Positions 26,799 to 38,000 of a DNA stretch of 64,000 bases are shown one piece after another. The first letter of the stretch is position 1. Each line of letters begins with the position of its first letter. Location of the stretch: contig CBDBDR010000017.1 in the NCBI GenBank assembly GCA_965203965.1, positions 448,001-512,000 on the forward strand, given 5' to 3'. A program made the translations under genes and the position numbers. Under the pieces are notes generated by a model. The model was not told where the DNA came from. It was given only the letters and a program-made list of their open reading frames with translations, and did not search any database. Origin of the DNA: Thermodesulfobacteriota bacterium (lineage in GTDB: Bacteria; Desulfobacterota_D; UBA1144; Nemesobacterales; JAJCZQ01).

Positions 26799-26947
26799 TG
26801 AACTTAACCGATGAACAGTTAGATAAAGTCGCAAAATTTGTAGTGGTAAACGTAGTAGGAATTGTAGCCACACTTGTATTTGTCATTGCTTCGGTTGCTC
26901 TCTTTGGGCCTAAAATCGCCCCTTTTATGAATAAACTACCTTGGTAG
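26798..26947 (+). CDS. Small single-TM protein translationally coupled to actF
   Basis: TGATG overlap, GGAGG RBS; MNLTDEQLDKVAKFVVVNVVGIVATLVFVIASVALFGPKIAPFMNKLPW (49 aa; not in the ORF track). Confidence 0.7.
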   Translation: MNLTDEQLDKVAKFVVVNVVGIVATLVFVIASVALFGPKIAPFMNKLPW

Positions 26948-27011
26948 CCTGACTATTTTTGTACCGTTTTGTTTCTAAACTTAACTTGTATAACTTTCAT
27001 GGAAAATCTGT

Positions 27012-27356
27012 ATGGCAAGAGAAGCTGAAATTAACTTGAGATTTACCCTAAACGAAGACAATATTCCCGAACAGATACTCTGGGAGGCAAGTGAAGAGAA
27101 AGAGCAACAAGTAAAGCAGTGTGATGCAATGTTTCTTTCTCTTTGGGATAGGAAAGAAAAAAACACGCTTACAATTGACCTATGGACAAAATCAATGCAA
27201 GTTAACGAAATGAACACCCACTTCTACTTTACTATGATGAAAATGGCTGATACTTATGAGAAAGCCACAAACAATAAAGACATTGCCCAGAAATTCAGAG
27301 ATTTTGCCGGTGAATTTGCGGAGTCGGTTAAAGAATTTATCCAGAAAGGAAATTGA
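27012..27356 (+). CDS. gldC: GldC-family protein
   Basis: LNEDNIPEQILWEA, LSLWD, TLTIDLWTKSMQVNEM, MADTYEKAT. Confidence 0.75.
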   Translation: MAREAEINLRFTLNEDNIPEQILWEASEEKEQQVKQCDAMFLSLWDRKEKNTLTIDLWTKSMQVNEMNTHFYFTMMKMADTYEKATNNKDIAQKFRDFAGEFAESVKEFIQKGN

Positions 27357-27389
27357 TTAGAGATACTCGTTATCTTTTTATTTGTATTA

Positions 27390-28313
27390 CTAAACAAACA
27401 ATTCTATCTGTTTTTGAGCATCTGTAATTCTTTTTTCACTTAACCTTGTGTATTCATAATTTAGTTCATAGCCCACATATTGCCGTTCATCTTTTAATGC
27501 TGCAAGGCATGTGGTTCCACTACCAGCAAATGGATCTAATACTACATCGTCTCTGAATGTGTATAGCTGGATCAATCTATGGGGTAGCTCCTCTGGGAAT
27601 GGTGCTGGGTGTCCAATTCTTTTTGCCGAAACCGCGGGAAAAGTCCAGACACTTTTAGTCCACTCTAAAAAATCCTCTTTTCTAATTGTTGCGTGCTTAT
27701 TATTTTTTTGCCTCGAAAAAGTGTCTTTGGAAAAGATCAATACATATTCATGTATGTCTCGTAGAACCGGATTAGCGGCTGATAACCAACTTCCCCATGC
27801 AGTAGATGGGCTTGCACTTGAACCTTTATTCCATACAATCTCTCCCCTCATAAGAAATCCAATTTTCTGCATTGTGTCTATAATATAAGAATGGAGAGGT
27901 ATATAAGGTTTTCTACCAAGATTGGCAATATTGATACATGCACGACCGCCGGGAACTAAAACTCTGTATGTTTCTTTCCAAACTCTTTCAAGCAAATCCA
28001 AGTATTCTTCAAGATTAAGGTCATTATCATAATCTTTGTTTGCGTTATAAGGCGGTGAAGTTATCATAACGTGAATGCTTTTGTCGGGTATTTCATTCAT
28101 TTTTTCACTGGATTTAGTAAATATTTTATTCAGGTATTTTTCAGGAATTTTGTTTTCCACGTATTCCACTTTTTTCTCATTATTCAATCCTTCATATAGT
28201 TTTGAACTGTAAAATTTTGCTGAATTATGACCAATACGTCCTGGTGAACCAAAAGAACTTGTCTCAGTTGATATTCTTTTTATCTTTAATTCCTTTGCCA
28301 ATGTTGTAACCAC
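27390..28313 (-). CDS. DNA methyltransferase, beta class (SPPY; likely m4C)
   Basis: ITSPPY, RVLVPGG, HPAPFPEEL, VLDPFAGSGTT. Confidence 0.9.
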   Translation of the reverse strand: MVTTLAKELKIKRISTETSSFGSPGRIGHNSAKFYSSKLYEGLNNEKKVEYVENKIPEKYLNKIFTKSSEKMNEIPDKSIHVMITSPPYNANKDYDNDLNLEEYLDLLERVWKETYRVLVPGGRACINIANLGRKPYIPLHSYIIDTMQKIGFLMRGEIVWNKGSSASPSTAWGSWLSAANPVLRDIHEYVLIFSKDTFSRQKNNKHATIRKEDFLEWTKSVWTFPAVSAKRIGHPAPFPEELPHRLIQLYTFRDDVVLDPFAGSGTTCLAALKDERQYVGYELNYEYTRLSEKRITDAQKQIELFV

Positions 28314-28918
28314 CTTGAGTAAGGATTAAAATCTATTTCTTTTTTGTTCCAACTAACATTAATTTTTAGGGTTTGTTTGCATTCCAATATCTCTTTTAAT
28401 GCCTTTCCACTTATTTCTACACCTCTTGGATTTGTACCTTGAGGAGGTATTTTTATATATTCATTTCTTCCAAGTTTATTAAAAATATTTCTTTGAACTT
28501 CTATGGGTATGTAAAATAACCCACCTGTATTATCCCATATAATTTGTGCAAAAATAATACCACATGACGGAATATATTTTTCTCTGAATTTCAATACCTT
28601 TTCACGATCTACTGTCCATATAATTTTAATTCCCGAATAACCAGAACCAGTTTTTGTTTTTATTGATATGGGTTTGTTGAAAAGCAATAGGTCTGTTTCA
28701 GATTGTGTTATAGGTATTTCAGTTTCCACATTATTCTCGCCAAATTTGTAGATTAATAGAGATACTAAAATACGCTCTCTTAATGTACCAACTTCCATAC
28801 CAGTTTTACCTGCTCTCTGGCTTTCCATCTCTGCAAGTTGAAATAAGTAAGGAAGTTTCAACTGAACTTTCTTTACTGTTTCTGGATCATTAAAGATTTT
28901 GTTAATTTGATGTATCAT
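28286..28918 (-). CDS. Type II restriction endonuclease, ThaI-like
   Basis: ESQRAGKTGMEVGTLRERIL, ETD...ISIK, GTNPRGVE; overlaps the MTase gene. Confidence 0.72.
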   Translation of the reverse strand: MIHQINKIFNDPETVKKVQLKLPYLFQLAEMESQRAGKTGMEVGTLRERILVSLLIYKFGENNVETEIPITQSETDLLLFNKPISIKTKTGSGYSGIKIIWTVDREKVLKFREKYIPSCGIIFAQIIWDNTGGLFYIPIEVQRNIFNKLGRNEYIKIPPQGTNPRGVEISGKALKEILECKQTLKINVSWNKKEIDFNPYSRWLQHWQRN

Positions 28919-28997
28919 TTGAAGTTAGCTTTTTCTAAAGTTTAACCTCTTGGTTACAATTTGATAACTCGGTCAGTAAATTTATCTCATAGTGAAA

Positions 28998-30305
28998 CTA
29001 AACTTGCTTCTCAAAAGGATCCTCAATCTCAGGATGCCAGAGCTTAAAGTGGTTTTTGTGTAAATCAGTATAAGCTCCTTTTTCATAGTGTTTATCATAA
29101 AAGTCAATGTCTAGATGATGTGCTTGAAAAACCAAACGGACAAACATTGGGTCAAGAAAAGCTGGGAATCTTCCGTAATTTTCATAAACATAACTGCAAA
29201 AATCCTTAACGATTTGGACCCTGATCTCCGAAGGTGTGTATTCATCCTTGAGAACTGACTTTGGCTCTTTGTATGGATAAGGATTGTCTTCCTTCCAGAA
29301 TTCCCCTCTTAGTTTTAGAAACTTATTTACTGCTTCGTTCATGTCTCTTACATAAGGTGGACATAGAGATTCAAAAACTCCATCCAGTCCCACGGGGTAG
29401 GATGCTTTAGTTGATCTGCATGATTTTTCAGTCTGGTTAAATCTAAAACCCAACCCCTTGTGTTTCGGATCAAGTCCTAGGGCATAGTGTGGAAGAAGGC
29501 CTGTAAATGTCCACCCTCCAAGGCCAAGAGTTTGAAGTGCAAGGTTCATATTCTGGCTTATAAAAGCCTGTTCCACATTAAGTGTTGTTAGAACTCTAAG
29601 TTCAAGATCAAAAAGAGACAACTGAACGTCTTTCCTTATGTATCCTTTGTCAATCCATTTATCTAAACCACAAGATCTACTTCCATTCAATTCATCAACA
29701 ATGTTAAAGCCGTATTTAGCACCAAAATATATAAAAAGCAGCACCATATATTCAACCGTTGTGTTTGTTACAGGTATGAAAAAAGTGGAACCGGGTTTAT
29801 TACAGTTCCATGCGTTAAAATCAAACAGCCCCGGTTCACTTTCAGGAAGGTCTGCCCTGTTATCTTCCAGCTTGATTCTGCTTTTATTAAATAACTCCAA
29901 TACTTTTTCCATTTGCTGCTCTCTGGTCAAATTGGTAAAAATTGAAGTATCATTCGGCATGAAATCAAATAGTTTTATCATGTACAAACCTTTGTCGTTA
30001 GTATAAAAAAGTTCTGTGGAGTGAGAATTGCATGAACACGGCCAGCTCCTCCCTGTCCACTGAAAAAGCCAAGATATTCCCGCTCTTGGCAGATCACCAA
30101 GTGAAAGTCCGGTTGTTCCTGTTCCTGCCCATATTAAAAATGCTTCCTCCAATTCTGAAAGCGGATGAGGATTGTGTTTTGATCTGTATTTTAAATTACC
30201 CTCCGGCACTTCCATTCCCATACCAAATCTTCTAGATCTTCTTGAAAATATAGAGTCCAACAGGCTGTGTTCTATGGCTTTATAAAATCCTTCGGGGATT
30301 TTCAT
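28998..30305 (-). CDS. Conserved hypothetical protein (possibly nitroreductase-like fold)
   Basis: 435-aa ORF; RRSRRFGMGM start, QNMNLALQTLGLGGW. Confidence 0.6.
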   Translation of the reverse strand: MKIPEGFYKAIEHSLLDSIFSRRSRRFGMGMEVPEGNLKYRSKHNPHPLSELEEAFLIWAGTGTTGLSLGDLPRAGISWLFQWTGRSWPCSCNSHSTELFYTNDKGLYMIKLFDFMPNDTSIFTNLTREQQMEKVLELFNKSRIKLEDNRADLPESEPGLFDFNAWNCNKPGSTFFIPVTNTTVEYMVLLFIYFGAKYGFNIVDELNGSRSCGLDKWIDKGYIRKDVQLSLFDLELRVLTTLNVEQAFISQNMNLALQTLGLGGWTFTGLLPHYALGLDPKHKGLGFRFNQTEKSCRSTKASYPVGLDGVFESLCPPYVRDMNEAVNKFLKLRGEFWKEDNPYPYKEPKSVLKDEYTPSEIRVQIVKDFCSYVYENYGRFPAFLDPMFVRLVFQAHHLDIDFYDKHYEKGAYTDLHKNHFKLWHPEIEDPFEKQV

Positions 30306-30488
30306 AAATTTTGCTCCTTTAACCAGAATGTAGAAAAATAACTACTAACACAATTTACACGTTAATACCAATAAGGTGCTAGCGGGTCAGATTTCCGCTT
30401 TCATTAAAACAAACCGACACAATCAAAAAAGTGATTTAAGTAGGGTATATAAAACATTATATATAGTATATAATTTAGCATTTTCACG

Positions 30489-30758
30489 ATGAAAAAAGTA
30501 AAAATAATCTATTGCTCACAGTGTGGATGGCTGACAAGAAGTACATGGATCGCTCAGGAATTATTAGAAGCATTCAGTAAAGAAATTGATGAACTGGCTT
30601 TGATTCCTTCAACTGGTGGAATATTTGAAATATATGCCAATGATAAAATAGTTTGGTCTAGGAAAGAAAAAGATGGTTTTCCAGAACTTACAGTCTTAAA
30701 AAGACTAATAAGAGACGAAATAGCTCCAGGAAAGGGGTTAGGGCATTCGGATATTTAA
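30489..30758 (+). CDS. Rdx (SelW/SelT-like) family protein, Cys form
   Basis: IYCSQCGWLTRSTWIAQELL, GGIFEI, GFPE. Confidence 0.88.
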   Translation: MKKVKIIYCSQCGWLTRSTWIAQELLEAFSKEIDELALIPSTGGIFEIYANDKIVWSRKEKDGFPELTVLKRLIRDEIAPGKGLGHSDI

Positions 30759-30860
30759 TGAAAATTTTTATCAGATATTGAGGGGACATTCCCTTTATAA
30801 AATGAAACGTGACGAGGTAAATTGAGTCAGTTTCTAATAATGGAATTTACAAAGACCAAA

Positions 30861-31607
30861 ATGTCTAAAATTCTTGTATTTCAGCACGTTGCACATGAGA
30901 TTTTAGGAACTTTGAACCCTTTACTCAAAGGATCCGGCTTCAGGATCAGATATGTAAATTTCGGAAGAGAAAACTACAAAATACCTGAATTAGATAATTA
31001 TGACGGACTCATTGTGTTAGGAGGTCCGATGGGCGTAAATGAAGTTGACAAATACCCCTATCTTATTCCTGAATTAAAAGCTATTGAGCGAGCAATAGAG
31101 AAAGAAATGCCAATATTTGGCATTTGTCTTGGTGCCCAGCTTATTGCTAAAGCTTTGGGAGCAAGGGTTAAAAAAAATAAAATGAAGGAGATTGGTTGGT
31201 ATGATGTAATGCCTACCAAAGAAGGAGTAGATGACAACTTGATCTCTCAATTAAGTAAAACTGAAAAAATTTTTCAGTGGCATGGAGATACTTTTGATAT
31301 ACCCCGATGTGGAGTGCATTTAGCCAGATCTCCTCGTTGCGAAAATCAGGCGTTTAAATATGGAGAAAAAATTTACGGTTTCCAGTTTCATCTTGAAGTT
31401 GATAAAATTATGATAGAAAGATGGCTCAAAAATTCTGTCAATGTTGAGGAATTAAGTAATTTAAAGGGAATTATTTATCCTGAAGATATTAGGAAAGATA
31501 CCCCCATATACATTGATAGGCTGAAAGAGCTCAGCAACTTGGTTTTCAGTAAATATATAAAAAATTTAAGCACTAAGAAAAAGAATCATGTATTACCTTC
31601 AACTTAG
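30861..31607 (+). CDS. Class I glutamine amidotransferase
   Basis: LGGPMG, GICLGAQL, FQWHGD, FQFHLE. Confidence 0.88.
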   Translation: MSKILVFQHVAHEILGTLNPLLKGSGFRIRYVNFGRENYKIPELDNYDGLIVLGGPMGVNEVDKYPYLIPELKAIERAIEKEMPIFGICLGAQLIAKALGARVKKNKMKEIGWYDVMPTKEGVDDNLISQLSKTEKIFQWHGDTFDIPRCGVHLARSPRCENQAFKYGEKIYGFQFHLEVDKIMIERWLKNSVNVEELSNLKGIIYPEDIRKDTPIYIDRLKELSNLVFSKYIKNLSTKKKNHVLPST

Positions 31608-31701
31608 TTATTGAAAAAGAGAATGCCGTATGTATATTTGAGTTCCCGATTGAAGAATCGCCTTACTTGAAAATTAAAAAGAAATACCGCAGGAGAGTTA
31701 A

Positions 31702-32166
31702 ATGGCTAAATGGGAATCTAAAAATCATGGACATCTTGATGTCAAAGCATCTAAAAGTAAAAGAGCAATTTTTATAGGACGGTATCAACCTTACCATTTT
31801 GGGCATATAAGCCTTGTCAGACAAAAGTTGGATGAAGGCGTTCCGTGTCTTATAATGGTAAGAGACATACCACCTGATCCTAAAAATCCGTTCACTACCA
31901 AGCAAACCGTTAGCATGATCAAAAAATACCATGAAAGTAAAGGTGATGACGTTGTAGTTATGCCTATTCCCGACATAGAATCGGTTAATTGGGGTAGGGG
32001 GGTTGGATACGAGATGAACGAGTATTTTCCCCCGGATAATATAGGGTTTATTTCTGCAACTCGTATAAGAGAATCGGTCACCGAGGGCAATGATGAATGG
32101 AAAAGCCTGGTTGATTCTTCAATACAAAAAGACGTTGTAAAGTATTTGAGTGAAACGAAGGTTTAG
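31702..32166 (+). CDS. Cytidylyl/adenylyltransferase-family (HxGH) protein
   Basis: GRYQPYHFGH, GRGVGY, ISATRIRE. Confidence 0.8.
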   Translation: MAKWESKNHGHLDVKASKSKRAIFIGRYQPYHFGHISLVRQKLDEGVPCLIMVRDIPPDPKNPFTTKQTVSMIKKYHESKGDDVVVMPIPDIESVNWGRGVGYEMNEYFPPDNIGFISATRIRESVTEGNDEWKSLVDSSIQKDVVKYLSETKV

Positions 32167-32179
32167 TTCAACCAGACAA

Positions 32180-32914
32180 CTAAAGACGACCGTTAATAGA
32201 TAGATTTTGACTTTTCAGGGCTATATCACAAAAGCCAAATCTGATATCCTTATTTTTGTCGTAAGGGTTTTTGTAAGTTCTGAAAACATTATTACCAATA
32301 ATAATATTTAGTGGTTCATTAAATATCGGACCATCAAAACATAAAGTGTGAAATTCTCCATTTTCACCACATGGGTCAACATTCTCAGGTAATCTTTCAA
32401 TCACCCTTTTTGTTAGTTCTTCTCCAAGAAATGACTCACTTAGTTTAAGACTATTGATGCAGATGATAACAGCTCTATAACCAAGACTTAAAAAGTCGTT
32501 AGCAAGAGTCTTCGTGTTTTTTTTCCATAAAGGGAAAACAGTTTTGATCCCATAGGGAGATAGCATATCTTCTCGGTATTTTTTCAGATCTTCTAAAAAA
32601 ATATCTCCAAATGCAGCGTGCGTGTAGTTTTGAGATTTGAGATTTTGGATTTTTCCCTTCATTTTCATACCATATTCTTCCATTGAAGGGTTTTCAGGCA
32701 GTTCAAGTATATCAAGTAGTATCCCTATTGATCTTGTCTGTGCTTCCAAAACTTCTCTGCGAAGGCCGTGCATTGACACCCTGTTGTAGTATGAATTAAC
32801 CGTAGTTAACAGCCGATCAACATGAAACTTGTTTTCTTCAAGCAAATAATGCAATGCAAGAGTAGAATCTTTACCACTGCTCCAATTGAAATAAGTTCTG
32901 TATTGATTCGGCAA
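32180..32914 (-). CDS. PP-loop ATP-binding protein (diphthine-ammonia ligase/MJ0570-like)
   Basis: WSSGKDS, RVSMHG, FGDIFLEDL, DPCGENGEFHT. Confidence 0.87.
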   Translation of the reverse strand: MPNQYRTYFNWSSGKDSTLALHYLLEENKFHVDRLLTTVNSYYNRVSMHGLRREVLEAQTRSIGILLDILELPENPSMEEYGMKMKGKIQNLKSQNYTHAAFGDIFLEDLKKYREDMLSPYGIKTVFPLWKKNTKTLANDFLSLGYRAVIICINSLKLSESFLGEELTKRVIERLPENVDPCGENGEFHTLCFDGPIFNEPLNIIIGNNVFRTYKNPYDKNKDIRFGFCDIALKSQNLSINGRL

Positions 32915-32930
32915 GCCGCTACCTGATCAG

Positions 32931-33512
32931 TTAAACATATTTCAAGCCCTGTGACTTTAATACTACAAATCTTTTTTGTAGCAGGTAATAAGTGCCAAAA
33001 AGTAGCACGGAATAAAACAGATTGCCGAGAAGTGATCCTTTGTAAAAAGGTATTCCAGCCACGTAGCAATTGATCAAGCCTCCCAGATCGGGTGAGTATG
33101 TTGAACCTGAAGCCCAAACGCCAAAATTAGAAACAATGAAAAATATCAATCCCGCTCCCACACCACCAACTGCAATTTTAATGGCTGAAATATTTTTTGC
33201 GTATAAGAAACGCCCAAACAATACAATCAAGGCGTAGCTGGCATATTGCCAGTAAAAACCACTGTAAAGCAATGTAAACTCGGGATAGTGATCTGCATAA
33301 ATTACATTAATGACAAATATGTCGCTTAACCAAGTTGCAGCAATTGGAACGAGAAACGCTTTCCATCTTTTGTCAAAATGTGCAGCTCCAAGTAAGCATG
33401 TTGCTCCAAGTGGTGAAAAATTTGGCATGAGTGGCAATGCAAGACGGAAGAAAACCGCCCCTATTATTATGAGTGTCAGCACGCCAAATTTGATATTGGT
33501 GTTCCCATTCAT
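32931..33512 (-). CDS. Membrane protein, DUF6580 putative transporter (S-component-like)
   Basis: PNFSPLGA, FFIVSNFGVW, CYVAGIPFY. Confidence 0.7.
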   Translation of the reverse strand: MNGNTNIKFGVLTLIIIGAVFFRLALPLMPNFSPLGATCLLGAAHFDKRWKAFLVPIAATWLSDIFVINVIYADHYPEFTLLYSGFYWQYASYALIVLFGRFLYAKNISAIKIAVGGVGAGLIFFIVSNFGVWASGSTYSPDLGGLINCYVAGIPFYKGSLLGNLFYSVLLFGTYYLLQKRFVVLKSQGLKYV

Positions 33513-33523
33513 GATCCTGATCT

Positions 33524-33853
33524 CTACACTGCTTTACCCAGTGCTTTTTCTATATCACTTTTAGGCACGGCACCAACGAGTTGTTCAACTACTTCGCCGT
33601 TCTTAAACACTATTAACGTTGGTATACTCCTGATACCAAATTTCACGGAAGTTTCTGGGTTATCGTCAACGTTGATCTTACCTACTTTAAGCTTATTGGC
33701 AAAATCAGTAGATATTTCATCAACCACTGGAGCAAGAACTTTACATGGTCCGCACCAAGGTGCCCAGAAATCAACTAAAACTGGTTTCTCACTTTTTATT
33801 ACCTCTGATTCAAAACTTGCATCACTGATTTCAACTATTAATTCACTTGCCAT
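33524..33853 (-). CDS. trxA: Thioredoxin
   Basis: FWAPWCGPCK, GIRSIPTL. Confidence 0.96.
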   Translation of the reverse strand: MASELIVEISDASFESEVIKSEKPVLVDFWAPWCGPCKVLAPVVDEISTDFANKLKVGKINVDDNPETSVKFGIRSIPTLIVFKNGEVVEQLVGAVPKSDIEKALGKAV

Positions 33854-34034
33854 AAAAAGCTCCTTTACCTGTTTTCTCGGTAAGAATTTATGCCTTTGAA
33901 ATTACTTGTCAAGTTATATGCGATTTCTTTCACGTGATGCTAAATTTTTCATTCTTGGTCAGTAAAACTAAGGATAAATTTAATCCCTACAAAAGATTAT
34001 AGTTTTTTTATTTAATTAAGTTATTTTTACAATT

Positions 34035-35090
34035 ATGAGAACATTTGCGTTGATACTGATTTTCCTTTTTTCTATTTCCCAATACGTGCAGACGCAAACC
34101 CCACCAAAAACTCCGGTTGTAGTTTCTGAAGTTATGATAAAAAATTTGAAAAGGCCTGTTTATCTGATCGGAACTGTTGAGCCAATTAGAAAGAGTTTAG
34201 TTTCAGCAATAGTTGATGAGATAGTAGTTGAATATCCTTATTCCGAAGGAGATTATGTAAAAGCTGGACAGACAATTGCACGTCAGAACACGCAAAAAAC
34301 AAAAATACTTCTGAATGAAGCGATAAACGCTAAAAGTGAATCCGATGCAGAATTAAAACTTGCTCAAGATGAATTGACAAGAACAAAAGACCTACACGAA
34401 AAGGGTATAGTTTCCGAGAGTCATTTAGACATGGTGGTTTCAAAAAGAGATGCTTTGATTGCAAGACAAAAATTACTTCAAAACAAAATTGAGCAGCTTG
34501 AATATGACATATCCAAAGCAGATATTAAGGCTCCTTTCAACGGTTACATAACAAGTGAACACAGTCAGATTGGTGAATGGCTTAAAAGAGGTGACAGTGT
34601 TATTGAACTTATAGACATTGATAACATTCGGGTTGTTGTGGAAATGCCAGAGAAATATATATCTCTGGTAAATACCAGTGATGAAGTGGAGGTAACATTG
34701 CATTCATTAGCCGATAAAGCATTTACAGGTGAAGTTGTTTCAGTGGTTCCTCAGGCTGACCAAGCGTCAAGAGCATTTCCGGTGAAAATCAAGATAAAGA
34801 ACAAAGATCATACTATAAAGTCCTCAATGTCAGCAAAAGTTGCCTTCCTTCTTGGTGAAGAAAGAAAAGTCAAATTGGTGTTAAAAGACACTATTATCAA
34901 TAACGGCGACAGTAAGACTGTTTTTGTTGTAAGAAAAAACGCTGCCCAACCGGTCAGCGTTATTACTGGTCTGTCTTATGGTGGCTTTGTAGAAGTTCAG
35001 GGTGAACTTAACGCTGGAGAGCAGGTTGTCGTCAGAGGAAATGAAAGATTATATCCTATGCAGCCCGTTGAGGTAGTTTCTTATAATTAA
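34035..35090 (+). CDS. RND efflux periplasmic adaptor (MFP)
   Basis: Signal peptide, IKAPFNG, alpha-hairpin, GEQVVVRG; coupled to the RND gene. Confidence 0.88.
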   Translation: MRTFALILIFLFSISQYVQTQTPPKTPVVVSEVMIKNLKRPVYLIGTVEPIRKSLVSAIVDEIVVEYPYSEGDYVKAGQTIARQNTQKTKILLNEAINAKSESDAELKLAQDELTRTKDLHEKGIVSESHLDMVVSKRDALIARQKLLQNKIEQLEYDISKADIKAPFNGYITSEHSQIGEWLKRGDSVIELIDIDNIRVVVEMPEKYISLVNTSDEVEVTLHSLADKAFTGEVVSVVPQADQASRAFPVKIKIKNKDHTIKSSMSAKVAFLLGEERKVKLVLKDTIINNGDSKTVFVVRKNAAQPVSVITGLSYGGFVEVQGELNAGEQVVVRGNERLYPMQPVEVVSYN

Positions 35091-38000
35091 TGAAGCTAGT
35101 TGAAACATCTATAGGTCGCCCAGTAACCGTTGCCGTTGCAGTTATATTCATAATCCTGTTCGGCATTATCTCACTGTTTAGAATTCCTGTCCAATTAACC
35201 CCTGACATTGACAACCCGAAGGTTACTGTGAACACGGTTTGGAACGGTGCAAGTCCGTTTGAAGTGGAAAGCGAGATTGTCAAGAAACAGGAAGAAGAAC
35301 TAAAAAGCGTAGAGGGTCTTGTTGAGTTGACAAGTGAAAGCTCAGAGGGAAGGGGAACGGTCGTACTTGAGCTCGGAGTTGGAGCGGATCTGGATGCAAA
35401 ACTTGTTAAGATCTCAAACAGGCTTGATCAGGTTGCTGATTATCCAGATGATGCGGATAATCCTACTATAAGCAGCGTTGACACTAGATCCAACGCCATA
35501 GCATGGTTTATATTGAGAACTCTTCCGAGTAACAAGTCACACATTTATAATTACCATGATTTTGCAGATGAATTTATCAAGCCAAAACTTGAAAGGATTC
35601 CTGGAGTTGGATCATCAAACGTGCTTGGTGGCAGCGAAAGGGAAATGCAGATTGTATTCAACCCTGACGAACTTGCCGTTAGGGGTATTGGCATTGAAGA
35701 GCTTGCAAATGCCGTGAGTAGGGAAAATAAAAACTACAGTGGCGGCTCATTTGATGAAGGCAAGCGAAAATATACTGTAAGAACAATTGGGGAATACACT
35801 TCAGCAAGCGATATAGAGAATATTGTAATAAGGAACGAGAACGGGAGCCCAGTTTACGTCAGGGACGTAGCAAGGGTTGAACTTGGTTATCAAGACCCGG
35901 AATACGCAGTTAGGCAGAACGGTAATCCTGCAATTGCTATAAACGTACTCAAAGAAAGTGGGGCTAATACAATTGAGATTATAGAAGGATTACAGGAAGA
36001 GGTAAAAAGATTAAACAACGGATTGTTAAAGAATAACGGGCTTTATCTATACAATGTTTATGAAGAAGCAAGCTATATCGAAAATTCAATTGACCTTGTA
36101 AAGCAAAATTTAATTATTGGTGGATTTCTTGCTATATCCGTGTTGTTCATCTTTTTGAGAAGCGGGAGCAGTGTTTTAATAGTTGCAACTGCAATTCCAA
36201 TAAGTGTTATTGGCACGTTTGCCCTTATGGCTCTCATGGGGCGAACAATAAACATTATAAGTCTTGCAGGTATGAGTTTTGCGGTCGGAATGGTCATAGA
36301 TAACTCAATCGTCGTGCTTGAGAACGTTTACAGACACATGCAGATGGGAAAAACAAGAATGAGAGCTGCTTATGACGGCACGGTTGAGGTTTGGGGTGCC
36401 GTGTTTGCAAGTACTCTAACGACGGCAGCAGTATTTTTGCCCATAATTTTTGTTGAAGAACAGGCAGGTCAACTTTTCAGGGACATAGCAATTGCGGTAA
36501 GTGTTTCCGTTTTCTTGAGCTTATTGGTATCCATTACAGTTATACCCACGGTTGCTTCCAGTATTTTGAACATTTCTAAAAATATTGGAAAAAGCGAGAC
36601 ATACAGACCATATTTTCTTTATAAGTTTGGCAGAAATGTTTCCAGTTTAATTTCTTCAACGGTAACTCTTATAATACAAAATGTCAGGATAAAAATAGTT
36701 GTAATAATAACGTTTACGGTGGGTTCTATTCTTTTAAGTTATCTACTTATACCAAAAACAGAGTATCTTCCCACTGGTAACAGAAATCTTGTCTTTGGCA
36801 TACTCATCACGCCACCCGGATATAACGTTGATGAGTTTATAACAATAGGTCAGCAGATAGAGTCAGATTTCTCTCCACATTTTAGCCGGGATGGTAACAC
36901 TGAAACAGATAAGGGTAAGCTACCGAGGATCAAAAACTTTTTTTACATTGCAACAGATGGTCAGGTATTTATGGGAGCAGTGGCTGAAGATGAGAGAAAA
37001 GTAAAAGAGCTTATACCATTGATGCAAAGGAGCTTGTCTAAAATTCCAGGAACGTTTGCAGTGGTTACACAGGCAAGCCTATTCAGTCGTGGGCTTGGGG
37101 AAGGTAGATCTATAAAAGTCCGTGTAACAGGTGCCGATCTAAAAGAGTTGTTAAGTGCGGCACAAAGCATATTTTTTACAACTATGCAGGTGATCCCCGG
37201 TGCTCAGTTACGACCTATACCAAGTCTGGACCTGGGCAATCCGGAGCTTCAGCTTGTTACTGACAGAGAGCGAACTTCCGAAGCGGGGCTATCAAATCAG
37301 GAATTGGGGTTTCTTGTCAGAGCTATTGTAAGTGGTGCCAAAATTGAGGACTACACGATCAATGGACAGGAAATTGACCTTGTTATAAAAGGAGAAGATA
37401 AATTCAGTAGTAGAACACAGAGCATAGAGGATGTAATGATCCATACACGTAACGGAAAATTGGTAACGTTGGGATCAATGGCAAGCATCAAACTGACCAA
37501 TGGTCCTAACAGAATTGACCATTACGAAAGAGAAAGAACTATTGCAATACAGGTTAATCCACCCGAAAAAATGCCTTTGGAGACTGCAGTTGACAAAATA
37601 CATAATGAAGTTTTGATCCCTCTGAAAAAAAGTGATCAGATACGTCCAAATTTAAATGTTTTATTGACAGGCACGGCAGATAAACTCACTCAAACAAGAG
37701 AGTCACTCCAATGGAACTTTCTCCTTGCCATTGCAATCTCCTTTTTGTTAATGTCGTCATTGTTTGAGAGTTTTTTGTATCCTCTTGTAGTCATGTTTAG
37801 CGTGCCGCTCGCATCAATGGGAGGTTTTATAGGGTTAAGAGTTTTAAATCTTTTCACCTATCAATCACTTGATATCATAACCATGCTTGGGTTTGTAATT
37901 CTCATAGGTATAGTTGTAAACAACGCTATCCTTATTGTTCACCAGTCGTTGAACTTTATACGAAACGAAGGATTACTACCTGATGAGGCAATAATCCAGT

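Noticed and set aside
30489..30758. Selenoprotein (SelW-like)
   Set aside because: The motif is CxxC, with no in-frame TGA.
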